Positions 1-11,541 are shown, counted from the stretch's first letter. The stretch is DNA of 57,837 bases from an uncultured virus (IMG/VR IMGVR_UViG_3300044557_000566) (IMGVR_UViG_3300044557_000566), one strand, 5' to 3'. Numbers and translations: made by a program. The notes: generated by a model from the letters alone, not told the origin.

Positions 1-293
1 ACCAGCACGCCTATCGTAACGAAGACGGAGAACACGATGAGACCAAGGAACGCATTGGGAACTGCCCCGTTACCAGGCCAGTGAATCAGGGTAGACTGCC
101 ATGACTCTGCAACCGTTGAGCATGACAGTTTAGCATTCACGTCGCATGCGAAGATCGTTTTCGGGTTCAACGCCCTCCAATACGCTTCCAGTGATAGCAT
201 GAGAGATGCAAGCAGACCAAGAACTGATCCGATGGTAATTAACACTCCAGACCATATCTGGCTCGATCGTACCCTGAATATCCCGTTAATCAT
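1..293 (-). CDS. Vitamin K epoxide reductase (VKOR) family membrane oxidoreductase, truncated by the window edge
   Basis: Not in the ORF track. Translated by hand from ATG at 293: MINGIFRVRSSQIWSGVLITIGSVLGLLASLMLSLEAYW...FACDVNAKLSCSTVAESWQS...VPNAFLGLIVF. The C-D-x-N-xxx-S-C-xx-V-xx-S-W-Q-S and PN motifs are typical of bacterial VKOR. RBS-like AGGAAGAAG upstream. Confidence 0.8.
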   Translation of the reverse strand, partial: MINGIFRVRSSQIWSGVLITIGSVLGLLASLMLSLEAYWRALNPKTIFACDVNAKLSCSTVAESWQSTLIHWPGNGAVPNAFLGLIVFSVFVTIGVL

Positions 294-359
294 GTCTTCT
301 TCCTGTTCTAGTAGATTCAATCTTCTTAGTATGGAATGGTATCGTCAGTAGAATCACAC

Positions 360-1292
360 TCACTGAACCTGATCGAAGACTGGATCATCATTTAGCGACT
401 GGGATGAATCACCATTCTGATTCAAAGTCTCATCGCCAGATCCCATTTCTGAAGGACCGGACTTGCCCCCAATCCCTGATAGCATGCTCGACATGACGCT
501 GGTAACCGTGTTCTGTATTTGAGCCTGAGCGTATTGCTCGATGGCGTTCTTCTGCGCGTATACGTAGCCGAACGCGCCCAATGATGACAGTGATGTTAGC
601 ACAGCCACCAGGCCAAGGACGGTGGCCTTCTTCACCTTCGCCATGTCTAGTATTCCAAGGAGCAGACCAATAACCGGGAAGAGAAGGATGATACATCCAG
701 TCACCTCGAGGGATAATTTAAGATTCTTGGACAACAGGAGCATAGTCACCATGATAAAGAGAATGAACGCTGGTATGCTTACCAGTCCAAGAATAGCTCC
801 AATGATGACACCATCACCAGGTCTACCTGATGATTGATCAGGGGGATTATTCTTGGAGGTCGTGGCAGATCCGAACCCGACTGGAGTTGCGCCTTTATCC
901 TTCCTGCCGGAATGATTCCCACCGATGGGTTTAAATGCGTTATGGTCATGCTCTGAGCGTTGATCTTCACTCGTAGATGGTTCTGATTCTAGATGCCTAC
1001 TAGCATAATCTATCCTGTTATCAGAAGCATCAATCTTAGAGGTCGAGGGAACGGTGAATGCGGGCTGTTGTTCATAACGAGCAGCGTCATCCTGGTTGGT
1101 TTCCACGGGAGGCTCAATACTGATGAGATCGTTCTGATCGAATCCCCCCGTCTGATAATCGTTCTGATTATCGTCTTCACTGAAAGATCCATTAAACGGA
1201 TTAGTGTTAATACTGCTTCTCATATCATCAGTATGCTCTCCCATCTGATGATTCCTTTTCGGTAATGCCATAACCATATCCTCCCGGTTCAT
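360..1292 (-). CDS. Membrane protein with long acidic low-complexity N-terminus and about 3 TM helices
   Basis: 310-aa ORF with hydrophobic segments at about aa 160-245; no recognised family. Confidence 0.65.
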   Translation of the reverse strand: MNREDMVMALPKRNHQMGEHTDDMRSSINTNPFNGSFSEDDNQNDYQTGGFDQNDLISIEPPVETNQDDAARYEQQPAFTVPSTSKIDASDNRIDYASRHLESEPSTSEDQRSEHDHNAFKPIGGNHSGRKDKGATPVGFGSATTSKNNPPDQSSGRPGDGVIIGAILGLVSIPAFILFIMVTMLLLSKNLKLSLEVTGCIILLFPVIGLLLGILDMAKVKKATVLGLVAVLTSLSSLGAFGYVYAQKNAIEQYAQAQIQNTVTSVMSSMLSGIGGKSGPSEMGSGDETLNQNGDSSQSLNDDPVFDQVQ

Positions 1293-1296
1293 GAGT

Positions 1297-1349
1297 AAAA
1301 ATAATAGACGCCTGATTACACCATTAAGATATGTGCAATCAGGCGTCTA
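1297..1349 (-). terminator. Intrinsic terminator downstream of rIIB
   Basis: Inverted repeat tagacgcctgattacac / gtgcaatcaggcgtcta (1305-1349), followed on the minus strand by TTATTTTT. Confidence 0.75.
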
Positions 1350-1410
1350 CGGTGATGATCCAGGAATTTGATTCTAATGGGGGATAGTGAGGGCCACTAT
1401 GGGGATTCGA

Positions 1411-2379
1411 TCAGTCCTCGTAATCATCCTCATCTTCGTAATCATCCTCGTAGTCATCATCATAATTCAAGGAGATGTCCTGCGTTGGATTCCTCGTGAC
1501 GTTCAGAACCTCGTACTTGCAGACACGGAGCTTCTGGTACGCGGAGTCTACGGGGACGGAAACCACGTCGCCCGCGCTGAACGCGACGGTGAGGACGTAA
1601 CCGTTCCCCCAGCTGTTAGCGTAATCCCACGTGCCAATGTGAAGACCAGGTGCGCATCCATTATTCGGATCATCGGTCACCTTGCTCTTTGGCATGGCGA
1701 TAATCGACCCGATCTTATTCGGGATGTACCCATTGACCTCACGGAACTCCTTCTCGCCCTTCTCCTTCACAAGACCAAGACCTGACCTCTTTGAGAAGGG
1801 AACGCCGTCCATATCCTGCACGCCCTTGTACCCAACGACACGACCATCATCAAGGAGCGTGAACCCATTCGTGCTATCATCCTCGAAGTTAGACTTCAAC
1901 CATGAGAACAACTGGTCACGAACATACTTCGTGTTATTCGAGTAGAGATCGTTCACGAATCTGAGAAGAGCTGTCCAGTTGCGATCAGAACCATCCGGGT
2001 CATCGGCCTCCGTGTGGAGGATGCGGAGGATCTCACGCTCGAGTACCTGGTCGATGGGCTCCCCGTCCATGAAGATCCTCTCGCCGCACCTCGTGAGCCT
2101 GTCATTGAGACCAAGAGATTCAAGATGACCGGAGATCTTCTCCTCAACGATGGATGCGGCAGCCGTCGCGTTCAAGATGAGGTCGGCAAGATCCTCGGGG
2201 CTGCTCCCGTCCTCTATGGCTGATACGATCCCATCGAATACTGCCGTATCGCTAGATCCCCTCTGGATGCTGAACGTCTTCAGGGTGCCATCATCAAGTC
2301 TAATGATGCCATGAAGCTCGTCGTAATGCCCTTCCAGAACGTTATTGTTACCGCTAAGACTGGTGACTGTAGCCATCAT
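1411..2379 (-). CDS. rIIB: RIIB-like protein
   Basis: C-terminal GYKGV...CAPGLHIGTWDYA...VVSVPVD...KLRVCKYEV is characteristic of phage rIIB; lies directly after an rIIA-like gene. Confidence 0.8.
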   Translation of the reverse strand: MMATVTSLSGNNNVLEGHYDELHGIIRLDDGTLKTFSIQRGSSDTAVFDGIVSAIEDGSSPEDLADLILNATAAASIVEEKISGHLESLGLNDRLTRCGERIFMDGEPIDQVLEREILRILHTEADDPDGSDRNWTALLRFVNDLYSNNTKYVRDQLFSWLKSNFEDDSTNGFTLLDDGRVVGYKGVQDMDGVPFSKRSGLGLVKEKGEKEFREVNGYIPNKIGSIIAMPKSKVTDDPNNGCAPGLHIGTWDYANSWGNGYVLTVAFSAGDVVSVPVDSAYQKLRVCKYEVLNVTRNPTQDISLNYDDDYEDDYEDEDDYED

Positions 2380-2520
2380 GACTCCTTACCGTTTCCATTA
2401 ACATCTAATTGATTCCTGTTACATGTTCTATTATATCCAGTATGACTGGTTAAAGCAATTCAAGATCAATCACGTTACCAGTCATACGGTACCATATCAT
2501 CCACAAGACGTGATGCGCAG

Positions 2521-5361
2521 TCACTCTGCCTTGTACCCGAGCTTGTCGACCTCATCCCACGCCTTGTCCTCATACTGCTTGAACCATGACAGGGCCGCGG
2601 TCAGAATCGAAGACTCTCCTCCCTTCTTGACAGCAATCCTCGGAGAGTCATCCCTCCATGAGTAGCTGAAAATCCTAAGGAAGAATACGAGATCAGGGTT
2701 AGTACGATCAATGTCGTCAATGATCTTAGTCAACTCCCAGTGATAAAGAGCAGTCCTGACAGCACCCCTAATCAACTTGTCCTCGGTATTCTTCCATATC
2801 ATATCCGCGATTCCGAGAATATCGTCAGGCGCACTGGCAATGTTGAAGATCTTCCGCATGAGACTAGCATAATCATCAGACTTGTCCTCGTAGTCGCGAT
2901 CATCCTCAATTGAGATTACCTCATCGATCACGCCCAACGAAGAACCGTACGAGAAGATCCTAGGATCAGACAACGCGTCCACGATAGTATCGCGCCAAGT
3001 GTCAGGATGCCCGCAGATCACGTCATCCCTGAATTTGGCGGATGATTCAGCGTATGGCACTGATTGAGCTGTCTTCATGGACTTGAAGCGCCTGATTCTA
3101 CCAGTCACGCTGTCACTGATGAAGATCTTGTCATACCCGGTCAAGGGCTCAAGATCAGCAGCCTTGATCTTAGCGATATCAGAGATGACTACGATATCGT
3201 GACCGTTGAACACGTCTGGGTTCTCGACCATTCTCCTGAAGATTCCAATCATCGAGTTGAAGGAATTACTGTAAGAGAAGAAGACGATGCTGCCGCCACG
3301 CACGAGATCTTTGAACGTGACCTCTTCCACCGCCTTGAGATCATTCCTCCTCAACAGGTTCATGGCCCGCTCCTCCACTCCGAGGCCACCGTTCCCCTCA
3401 ACAAGAGCAGGGACTCGCGTCTTCACAACAGCAGGAGTGGTCTTCTTCACCACCGACTTCTTCACGATGAGATCGTCAGCATCAACGACGCCCATCCACT
3501 TGACGCCAGCATCAATGGCCGCATCCCTGAACCCGTCGAAATGACCGTCTGGATATGATCCATTAGCAATGCAGCAGTAAATCTGGCACGCATTGTCATT
3601 ATCGTCATAATTCTCGCGGATCCAATTCCTCAGTCTACCGAACGATTTAGACCCGTCAAAGCCCCCAGTGACGACCAAGGCCTTGACTGCCTTAGCGCGA
3701 TAATTCCTCGGGATATGATGGAACGCGGACTTCATCCAGTCGATCGGAACCTTCAACACGCCCGATGTCAGGTATGATCCACCCTCCTTCCTTACCACAG
3801 ATGACACCTTCGATAGGTTAAAAGTAAGGGCCTTGGCACGAAGACGCGCCTCGTAGTCCATATCATCATTCAATACGGAGTTCAGGCTCGATATGGATCC
3901 ATCAGCGAACTCATACTTGACGTAATTGTGATCGTCGTCACTCTTCTCGTTATGGGCTAGTGGAACCCCGTATCCAATCGTAGATGCTATCGACGGCCGC
4001 TTCTCGGAAAGATAATACGGGGTCACGGTGAGATTAAGAACCGTATCAAATGACTCCACGATCTTATCATGATCATGCACGGCGACCTCGTCAGGCCAGA
4101 TCTCGCGCAGCCTATCAAGAATAGAGGAGGCGACCTTCTCGTCATCAAGATCAACGATATTTTCAATAATGATTGACCTATCGGAAACGGGAACATTCCC
4201 CCATATTCTTGATATTGACCTCCCGTCGAGAGGATGACTCTTATTCGAGTTGAGCGGAAGGTCAAGCCCACTATTGACTGCCGCGATAAGACTCTTGAAC
4301 CTGTCGTTACGCTTGATCTCATCACGAGACGGAGGGAAGTCGACCACGCCAGGCTGGATCTCCAGGAGGAATCGGGTAGACCCAACAGAATTAAGATTAT
4401 ACTTCCATCCCATGAGCGATATTGACACGTAGCGTTCGGCGAAAGATCCATCAGACCAGTACCAGTTAGTATTAATACTAGCCGAGAGCCAACTGGAGAA
4501 AGCACTGCCAATGTTCTCACTGCCACCATAGACATTACCGCGGTTAACATAAAGCTTACCGTTGATCGGCTTCCCATCGCTGTCCATAGCGACTGGAATG
4601 TCTATGAGATGCGTCCACGCCTTATCAAAGTCCGCGGAAGCAGGTTTACCGTCAATACTCAGCGGAATATCGGGGGTAGCGTATCTCGCGTACTGGCTAA
4701 TGACGGTATTGAACTTCTCAACGTCCTCAGGGCGAACTGGAATCTCGACCCGCGTCCCATTAGGCTCGTCCGTGCTGCCATCGAAGATCGTCTCGGCCTC
4801 ATTCACGTGCTCACCACGATTCAGGGTGAGCACGATCTTACGCCCATCCCTCACGGTGGACACCACGCACGTTGTCGTATAGGCGAGCGGGGCCTTAGCG
4901 CCAAGACCCTTGCTTCCAGTAGCGCCCATGTCGTTGATCTTGGTGGAATTACCATAATCGGCGAAGTTCGCGTAGATCTGGCTCCTCGTCATGCCCACGC
5001 CGTGATCCTCAACAATGAACGTCGGGCTGAATGAGGACGGCGGGTGAATGTCAACGTTGGGGGCATCAACCCCCTCATTCCTCGCGAGGATGGTAGCATC
5101 AATAGCGTTAGACACGGTCTCCCTGATCGATGCTGATATTGGATCTGAGTAGAGGTCAGTGAGCTGTTGAATGATCATCTGCAGGACATCACCGCTGATC
5201 GTCATGGTGTGCTTGCTCACTGACTCCCCGATGAAGCTCACCGTCTTGTGACCAGTGACGGCCTCATTGCTCTTAGAGAGCGTGGTAAGCTGGCTAGCTT
5301 CCTGTTCCATAAGTTGACGACTCCCATCTGTTCGTTTCCGGATAGCTCTATCATAACACAA
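2521..5361 (-). CDS. rIIA: RIIA-like protein with N-terminal GHKL/Hsp90-like ATPase domain (true start probably ATG at 5310)
   Basis: LYSDPI...IRETVSNAIDA, DHGVGM, STK...GSKGLGAKAP and NGTRVEIPV motifs; adjacent to rIIB. Confidence 0.8.
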   Translation of the reverse strand: MCYDRAIRKRTDGSRQLMEQEASQLTTLSKSNEAVTGHKTVSFIGESVSKHTMTISGDVLQMIIQQLTDLYSDPISASIRETVSNAIDATILARNEGVDAPNVDIHPPSSFSPTFIVEDHGVGMTRSQIYANFADYGNSTKINDMGATGSKGLGAKAPLAYTTTCVVSTVRDGRKIVLTLNRGEHVNEAETIFDGSTDEPNGTRVEIPVRPEDVEKFNTVISQYARYATPDIPLSIDGKPASADFDKAWTHLIDIPVAMDSDGKPINGKLYVNRGNVYGGSENIGSAFSSWLSASINTNWYWSDGSFAERYVSISLMGWKYNLNSVGSTRFLLEIQPGVVDFPPSRDEIKRNDRFKSLIAAVNSGLDLPLNSNKSHPLDGRSISRIWGNVPVSDRSIIIENIVDLDDEKVASSILDRLREIWPDEVAVHDHDKIVESFDTVLNLTVTPYYLSEKRPSIASTIGYGVPLAHNEKSDDDHNYVKYEFADGSISSLNSVLNDDMDYEARLRAKALTFNLSKVSSVVRKEGGSYLTSGVLKVPIDWMKSAFHHIPRNYRAKAVKALVVTGGFDGSKSFGRLRNWIRENYDDNDNACQIYCCIANGSYPDGHFDGFRDAAIDAGVKWMGVVDADDLIVKKSVVKKTTPAVVKTRVPALVEGNGGLGVEERAMNLLRRNDLKAVEEVTFKDLVRGGSIVFFSYSNSFNSMIGIFRRMVENPDVFNGHDIVVISDIAKIKAADLEPLTGYDKIFISDSVTGRIRRFKSMKTAQSVPYAESSAKFRDDVICGHPDTWRDTIVDALSDPRIFSYGSSLGVIDEVISIEDDRDYEDKSDDYASLMRKIFNIASAPDDILGIADMIWKNTEDKLIRGAVRTALYHWELTKIIDDIDRTNPDLVFFLRIFSYSWRDDSPRIAVKKGGESSILTAALSWFKQYEDKAWDEVDKLGYKAE

Positions 5362-5636
5362 GATGATGACAAGGTGAAACAGGCGTTTTAGATCCCCACA
5401 TGGATGATGACCAGTTCATGCCAAGGTACATTCAAGCATAGATGCGAGGTAAGACCCCCAATTATCGTGAATGGTAATCAGAAGGATATCGCTTATATGC
5501 TTGACCTCAACAGCGCGTCACGCTGAGCGCATGATCGCGTAGTACGCATGGCTTAATCCACTTGGAAGATGAGATCAGCATCACGGGCCTGCCACCAGTA
5601 GTCATGAATTCTAGTCATTCATAGCAACGTGAAGAC

Positions 5637-5690
5637 GATCTTACAATTGTGATCTTACAATTGACAAGACCAGTAAGAATTGATATTTTT
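5637..5690 (+). promoter_or_regulatory. Putative lemA promoter with a tandem 13-bp direct repeat overlapping the -35 box
   Basis: gatcttacaattg at 5637-5649 and 5651-5663; TTGACA at 5661, 17 nt, then TATTTT with TG extension; RBS AGGAG before ATG 5735. Confidence 0.55.
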
Positions 5691-5734
5691 AACCTGATAA
5701 CAATTAACAGTTACCGTACAAGGAGAAAGCATTC

Positions 5735-6328
5735 ATGTCAAACACATCATCTAGCCCGTTAGGACTCAATAAGAAGTCTTCAATCATCGGATCAATCGTG
5801 ATTGTGGTCATCGTAGTCATCATAGGATTCTTCCTGGCCGCCCAGGGCGCTAAGAACTCTGCCATCAAGCAGGAGAATCTCATTGATCGTGAACAGGCGA
5901 ACGTTCAGACCATCGTGCAGAAGCGTGTTGACGCCCTCACCGAGATGATCAACACGGTCAAAGCGTCCTCAAAATTTGAGCAGGACACGCTCACCAAGCT
6001 GACCGACGCGCGGAGTAAGGCCGCCGAGGGCGACATCGAGGGCAGTGCTACCATCTTGAGGGCGACCGCGGAGGCGTACCCCGAGTTGAAGAGCATCGAC
6101 CTGTACTCGCAGGTGAACCAGGAGACCGTGACTGTTGAGAATCAATTGTCTAATGAACGTCAGGCGTATAACACGTCTGTCCGTGACTATAAGAATAAGA
6201 CGCAGACCTTCCCGAACAGCTCACTATTATCCATAGCCGGGTACACTCCCAAGGACTACAAGCTGTTCACAGCGTCGTCAAGCGCGCAGAGTTATGACCC
6301 GTCAACAAGTAATCTTTGGAATGACTGA
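5735..6328 (+). CDS. lemA: LemA family protein
   Basis: N-terminal TM, QKRVDAL, AEAYPELKS, ENQLSNERQAYN and FP motifs. Confidence 0.85.
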   Translation: MSNTSSSPLGLNKKSSIIGSIVIVVIVVIIGFFLAAQGAKNSAIKQENLIDREQANVQTIVQKRVDALTEMINTVKASSKFEQDTLTKLTDARSKAAEGDIEGSATILRATAEAYPELKSIDLYSQVNQETVTVENQLSNERQAYNTSVRDYKNKTQTFPNSSLLSIAGYTPKDYKLFTASSSAQSYDPSTSNLWND

Positions 6329-6397
6329 TCAAATCCTAAGCAAACATCTACCCGGCCTAATAGGATAACCTTCCTATCAAGAGAAAAGTGAAGCATT

Positions 6398-7213
6398 ATG
6401 AGCTCATTCATAGCAAAGCTCAAGGGAAGAACATTCCTCATCTTATCCGGTATCGTCGTAGCGTGGTTGATACTGACCATCATACTCACCGTTTCCATCA
6501 ATGCTTGGAAGGATCATGATTCCGATGTCAGGAGTAAGATCATATCAGGTCTTACCGTGACCACAACTAAAGATCTTGCGTGGCAGGTGAAGACAGACGC
6601 CGGGGAACTCGTCGTTCAGGGAGAGGTGACCATACCAAAAGATCAGTGCGTTGGGTTCAGCGAGATGGACGGCTCCATCTGCGCGGGGTCGGTAAGGAAG
6701 GTCAAGGAGGTCTATACTCGACACGAGCAAGTGTATGGCTGCGGGACAAGCAAGCATCCTAGGTCCTGCACGAGGGTCTACTGGACTTGGGATTATGCTG
6801 GCGAGGATCAGGTGGATGCATCAAAGGCCAAAATTCTGGGGATGACCATGCCGTACGGTTATCTTAGACCAGGGTTAAGGGATGTTAGCCCAGCAGCAAT
6901 TGGAATCCACGGGTGCATGACACGATACTGTTACGGTGGGTTCGCTAACCATACGAGGTACTCGTACGAGTACGTGCCATCATCGTACTCAGGGGTAGCA
7001 TTCCTTGATGCTGAAGCGTCTGGTCTGGGGAGTTTCACTGGATTTGACGAGGGGGCTACCGCCAACAGTGTGAAGAATGACGCTCTCCACCCGAGCGCCG
7101 CCCCGGGCGTAGTGTTCTGGATCGTTGAGGTACTACTTCTCACTGGGGCTGGCGTCGTAGGGTACTTCATCGTCCGAAGTGACGTTGATGATGGCAATGA
7201 CGATGGATTCTGA
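6398..7213 (+). CDS. Membrane protein with N- and C-terminal TM helices, LemA partner
   Basis: 271-aa ORF; Cys-containing extracellular domain between two TM segments; co-oriented with lemA. Confidence 0.7.
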   Translation: MSSFIAKLKGRTFLILSGIVVAWLILTIILTVSINAWKDHDSDVRSKIISGLTVTTTKDLAWQVKTDAGELVVQGEVTIPKDQCVGFSEMDGSICAGSVRKVKEVYTRHEQVYGCGTSKHPRSCTRVYWTWDYAGEDQVDASKAKILGMTMPYGYLRPGLRDVSPAAIGIHGCMTRYCYGGFANHTRYSYEYVPSSYSGVAFLDAEASGLGSFTGFDEGATANSVKNDALHPSAAPGVVFWIVEVLLLTGAGVVGYFIVRSDVDDGNDDGF

Positions 7214-7561
7214 CAGCAATGATGACAGTCGCCAAATCATCCTAAAGATAGGAATCTGGCGATGACTATAGCCCGTCAGATTCAACTATCATCAGAACAC
7301 AACGATCTACTGTACTTCTGATGATAATCTTAACGATGATGCTTGGAAAAGCGTCCTCATGTATAACGTTACTTCCTGAGCGCTGAATCGTCATAGAATC
7401 ACGAGATCTTGAATTCCATCGTTGCACTATTCTTCGTCCTAGGAGAACGTGAAGGTTTGGGTCATGACCCTACAAGAACCACGGATCATTTGAATCTTAT
7501 GATGCCTTGCGTTACTATGATTCCTGTTACGAGAGAATGAAAAAGGAAAGCGTGCTACATC

Positions 7562-8155
7562 ATGGAAAAAGCGACATTGAGATCAGACCCCTCGAAGACA
7601 GTTAAAGCGCTCATTGCCTCCGTGGGCAGATCTGTAAGTGGATCTGATAGGGTAAGCCCGCTCATCCTTGTCAGGGATCTCAGTATTCCAGTGACCAGGA
7701 GCGTTAAGGTGAATGGGCTTCATGTAGATGCCGTCGCGTTGTATGATAAAGACGGGGTATTCCAGATTGTGCTCAGGACCGACGTCACAAACGTTGAGGC
7801 CGTGATCCTGGTATCGGACGCCCTTGGAGTCTATTGCCTGCATGGTCAGAACAAGCCGGGTGAGCACACTGGTCTTTACGGGCTCAAATTTGATGACCAG
7901 TCAGCAACCCCAGTCCAGAAGTGGCTTCGAAGGTTCACGTCAGAGATGGTCATGCCAGAAGACGTCGTGGCAGCACGTTGGGCGGCAGGTGACACTATCA
8001 TTAAGATGGCCCGCAGGTTCGGGGTGACCTCGAAGATCATGGAGGATAGGCTCAAAGATCTTGATCTTATGGCTTCTAAGAGCAAGTTCAAGAGGATCGG
8101 GAGCGTGATGAGGAATAAGGACGCGAGGGAATCTACTTGGAATCGAGAATATTAA
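7562..8155 (+). CDS. ImmA/IrrE (DUF955)-like protein with degenerate metal-binding motif
   Basis: Architecture matches the family (IVL...SDALGVYCLH...RRFTSEMVMPE...MARRFGVT...RL), but HExxH reads DALGV. Confidence 0.55.
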   Translation: MEKATLRSDPSKTVKALIASVGRSVSGSDRVSPLILVRDLSIPVTRSVKVNGLHVDAVALYDKDGVFQIVLRTDVTNVEAVILVSDALGVYCLHGQNKPGEHTGLYGLKFDDQSATPVQKWLRRFTSEMVMPEDVVAARWAAGDTIIKMARRFGVTSKIMEDRLKDLDLMASKSKFKRIGSVMRNKDARESTWNREY

Positions 8156-8314
8156 GGATTGCTGCTCTGAGAAATTGAGGGGCTCATCATACCTGATCTC
8201 GCAAGGATGGAATCCACGGGCCGCCTTATCCATGGGGCTGTCCTAGTCCTCGCCACGGGAGCCGGGCGTGCTAGCTATCCTCTACCACCTCACCGACCCC
8301 CGATAGGAATCGTA

Positions 8315-10543
8315 TCATAGCTGGCACGATATGCACTCGCTCACATTGTCAACCTCAGTGCCGCCAAGAGCAGCCTGACGCAAGCGCATGTAATAGAGCG
8401 TCTTTATCCCGTGTGACCATGCGTACACGTAATTCTTCACCACATCCCTCGTGGTGGCCGTGTCAGGATAGAAGAGCGTGAGGCTCATGCCCTGATCAAC
8501 ATACGGTTGCGCGGTAGCATACGTGTCGATGATCGCCCTCGGCCCGATCTGGTACGCATCCCCGTACTCATTCACGTTCTCATTCGTGAGACCGTAAGCT
8601 GGATAGTACACCCTTCCAGTCTTACCCTCCTTACGGATCTCGATGGCCGCGGCCACGGGGTGAATGCTAGATGTAGAGCCGTTGATATACGAGATAGAAC
8701 CCGTAGGTGGAACGGCCTGCAGGTAAGCGTTGAATATGCCGTCACGCTTGACCTCATCCCTCAACTCCTCCCACTCCCTTACCGTTGGGACGCCCACGTG
8801 GTACTCACCGAAAATACGAGCAATCTTATCCGTCTTGAATGGCTTAGTTCTACTCGTGAACCGCTCGAAGTATGATCCATCAGCATACTCTGATTCTTCG
8901 AATCCTTGGAATCTCCCACCGCGTTCCACTGCAAGCTCGTGACTGGCCTTGATAGCATGATAAGCAACTGTTCTGAAGTAAGCGTCAACGAAGTCAAGGG
9001 CTTCCGGGGATCCGTACTGGATGCCGTGACTCATGAGGAACCCGTGAAGGTTCATCTCCCCGAGGCCAATCGTATGCCTAGTCTCATTGGCCTTCTTGAG
9101 TGACGGAACACTGCCTGCATCTGTAAGCTCTGAAACAGCCGTGAGGGACCTGATGGCCGTGTTGATCGTGCCACCAAGATCACCCGACTCGAACGCCTTG
9201 GCAATATTCAGTGATCCCAGGTTGCAGGACACGTCAAGACCGATCTTATCGTATGAAAGATCCTCAGCATACTCTGATGGTTCCTGCGACTGGATTATCT
9301 CCGAGCAGAGGTTACTCTGCGTGATTCGACCCGGTATTGGGTTCTCCCTGTTAGCCGTGTCCTCGAATAGGATGTACGGGTAGCCCGACTCGAACTGGAT
9401 CTCCGCTATCGTGGTGAACAGCTTGCGCACATTCACATGACCCCTGACCACACGGGAGTCATTGGCAAGCTCATCATAATGATCACTCACCCCAATGTCA
9501 GCAAGACTCCTCCCATAATACTTCTGCAGCTCGTAGGGGCTGAACAGGGCCATGTCCTTATTCTCCCTCGCCAGCCTGAACGCAACGTCTGGCACAACGA
9601 TTCCAAGGGATAGTGTCTTGATACGGATCTTCTCGTCAGCATTCTCCCTCTTCGTGTCGAGGAATCTCAGAATGTCGGGGTGATTCAAGTGAAGATACAC
9701 GGCACCTGCCCCCTGACGGGCTCCAAGCTGGTTCGCGTAGGAGAATGAGTCCTCAAGGATCTTCATCACGGGAACCACTCCAGACGACTGATTCTCGATA
9801 CCCTTGATTGGCGCACCCTGCTCACGCAGATTACTCAGACCGAGAGCAACACCACCACCCCTCTTTGAGAGTTGGAGCGCAGAGTTAATATTCCTCCCAA
9901 TGCTTTCCATATTGTCCTCAGTGCGGAGGAGGTAACAAGACACGTACTCCCCACGGCGAACCTTACCCGCGTTCAGGAATGTTGGTGTTGCTGGTTGATA
10001 CCTCCCAGTGATTATAGACTCAGCGATCTTCAATGCGAAGTCATCATCACCCCGTGCTAGCTTGAGGGCGACGGCCGTCGCCCTCTCCACGAAATCCTCA
10101 AGGTACGTCTTACCGTCACTAGTCCTCATCGAGTACTGCTGATAGAACTTGTAGACACCCATGAATGACCCGAATGCCGTCCATAGCGAGCGCCCCCTAC
10201 TATGAATCTCGTCAATGAATCCATCATCATACTCATCCACAAGATCACGTTCATAGTAACCGTTATCAACCAGCCAGTGGTATCGTTCATGCTCAGAGCC
10301 AAACCTCCTCGTGTTCGGCTCGACCTCTGATATGAGGTAGGCCTGCTCAGCCTCCCAGTCCCTATCAAATTGGATAGTACGATCATCACCCCATATGTTC
10401 AACATCGAGTTCAAAGCACGTGGATCTAGCCCTTCCTTAAGATCCTTCCTCGCCCTCTCCCTTAACTCTTCAATAGACACTTCTGACTGATTCCTACTAC
10501 TCATACCGATCCTATCTCCTCCTTCAACTGCTTGTTGTCTCAC
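8315..10543 (-). CDS. nrdE: Class Ib ribonucleotide reductase alpha subunit (start probably ATG near 10504)
   Basis: [47 protein letters not shown] and C-terminal CISC. Confidence 0.97.
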   Translation of the reverse strand: MRQQAVEGGDRIGMSSRNQSEVSIEELRERARKDLKEGLDPRALNSMLNIWGDDRTIQFDRDWEAEQAYLISEVEPNTRRFGSEHERYHWLVDNGYYERDLVDEYDDGFIDEIHSRGRSLWTAFGSFMGVYKFYQQYSMRTSDGKTYLEDFVERATAVALKLARGDDDFALKIAESIITGRYQPATPTFLNAGKVRRGEYVSCYLLRTEDNMESIGRNINSALQLSKRGGGVALGLSNLREQGAPIKGIENQSSGVVPVMKILEDSFSYANQLGARQGAGAVYLHLNHPDILRFLDTKRENADEKIRIKTLSLGIVVPDVAFRLARENKDMALFSPYELQKYYGRSLADIGVSDHYDELANDSRVVRGHVNVRKLFTTIAEIQFESGYPYILFEDTANRENPIPGRITQSNLCSEIIQSQEPSEYAEDLSYDKIGLDVSCNLGSLNIAKAFESGDLGGTINTAIRSLTAVSELTDAGSVPSLKKANETRHTIGLGEMNLHGFLMSHGIQYGSPEALDFVDAYFRTVAYHAIKASHELAVERGGRFQGFEESEYADGSYFERFTSRTKPFKTDKIARIFGEYHVGVPTVREWEELRDEVKRDGIFNAYLQAVPPTGSISYINGSTSSIHPVAAAIEIRKEGKTGRVYYPAYGLTNENVNEYGDAYQIGPRAIIDTYATAQPYVDQGMSLTLFYPDTATTRDVVKNYVYAWSHGIKTLYYMRLRQAALGGTEVDNVSECISCQL

Positions 10544-10791
10544 CCCGTTCCCTCTGGAACGGTAATAGGTTATCTAACTCTTATTAGCATGATGCTATCA
10601 TGTGAAGACCCCTCATATCCATCATGAGGAGCATGATACCCGGCAAGCCGCTCAATGATCAGTAGCTATTAGCTGATCTTCAAACATAAGCATCAATCTA
10701 ATGTGACTATTGTCACACGATTCCTCGATAGTCAAGAGACTCCCCGGACCATCAGATAATGACGAACGGGTTCTAATCCCCAATGAGATCA

Positions 10792-11208
10792 TTAATGATC
10801 AATATGAGCGAAGTACGTTTCTAAGCCTATAGTCACGGCCTCCCTGTCCTCATCTGTCCCCATGAGCTCGAAGCGGTACAGCACTGGAACGTGGAATCGA
10901 GCGGAGATCACATCCCCGGCCTTCGCATAATACTCACCGAAGTTAAGATTGCCAGACGATATGACGCCTCGCATCAACCCCGAATGCTCCTTTAGGAATC
11001 TCTTCACCTGAACTGGTACCGCGTTCCCGGGAGTCCCTCCACCATATGTTGGCACGATGAGAACATATGGCCTGTCAACGACTGGTTCAGGGTCCGTCTT
11101 CCTCAAGGGTATCCTAGCCACAGGAATCTTGAACCCGCATGATTCCACGAACCGCTTCGTATTCTCTGAGACTGAAGAGAAGTAGACAATCATTCCATCA
11201 ACAGCCAT
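10792..11208 (-). CDS. nrdI: Ribonucleotide reductase flavodoxin NrdI
   Basis: [28 protein letters not shown] and FELMGT. Confidence 0.95.
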   Translation of the reverse strand: MAVDGMIVYFSSVSENTKRFVESCGFKIPVARIPLRKTDPEPVVDRPYVLIVPTYGGGTPGNAVPVQVKRFLKEHSGLMRGVISSGNLNFGEYYAKAGDVISARFHVPVLYRFELMGTDEDREAVTIGLETYFAHIDH

Positions 11209-11211
11209 TGG

Positions 11212-11541
11212 TCAGTTCACCCCTCTCATTACCATCGGGTGATTGAGTGGAGCGCTGACAAGATGAGGAGCATCTTCCTCACCATCACTGATACCATCAG
11301 ATAGGCCAACAGCCCTCATCGTGCGTGACGATAACGTAAGACCCCTTGCATTCCTACCTTTAGAGTAGGCTTTGAGGACAGCCTTGTACCCACGACTGTA
11401 ATCATCACAGTAACTAGACCTCATTGACTCTGGAAGATCAGTACTCACATCCTCCAATCGCCTGGCCAGCATCCATTCCATTCTAGAACGGATCGTCTTG
11501 CATGATATGACCTCACTACTAAACCGAATCATAGTGATCAT
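11212..11541 (-). CDS. Hypothetical protein
   Basis: ORF with AAGGAGGA RBS, abutting nrdI. Confidence 0.6.
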   Translation of the reverse strand: MITMIRFSSEVISCKTIRSRMEWMLARRLEDVSTDLPESMRSSYCDDYSRGYKAVLKAYSKGRNARGLTLSSRTMRAVGLSDGISDGEEDAPHLVSAPLNHPMVMRGVN

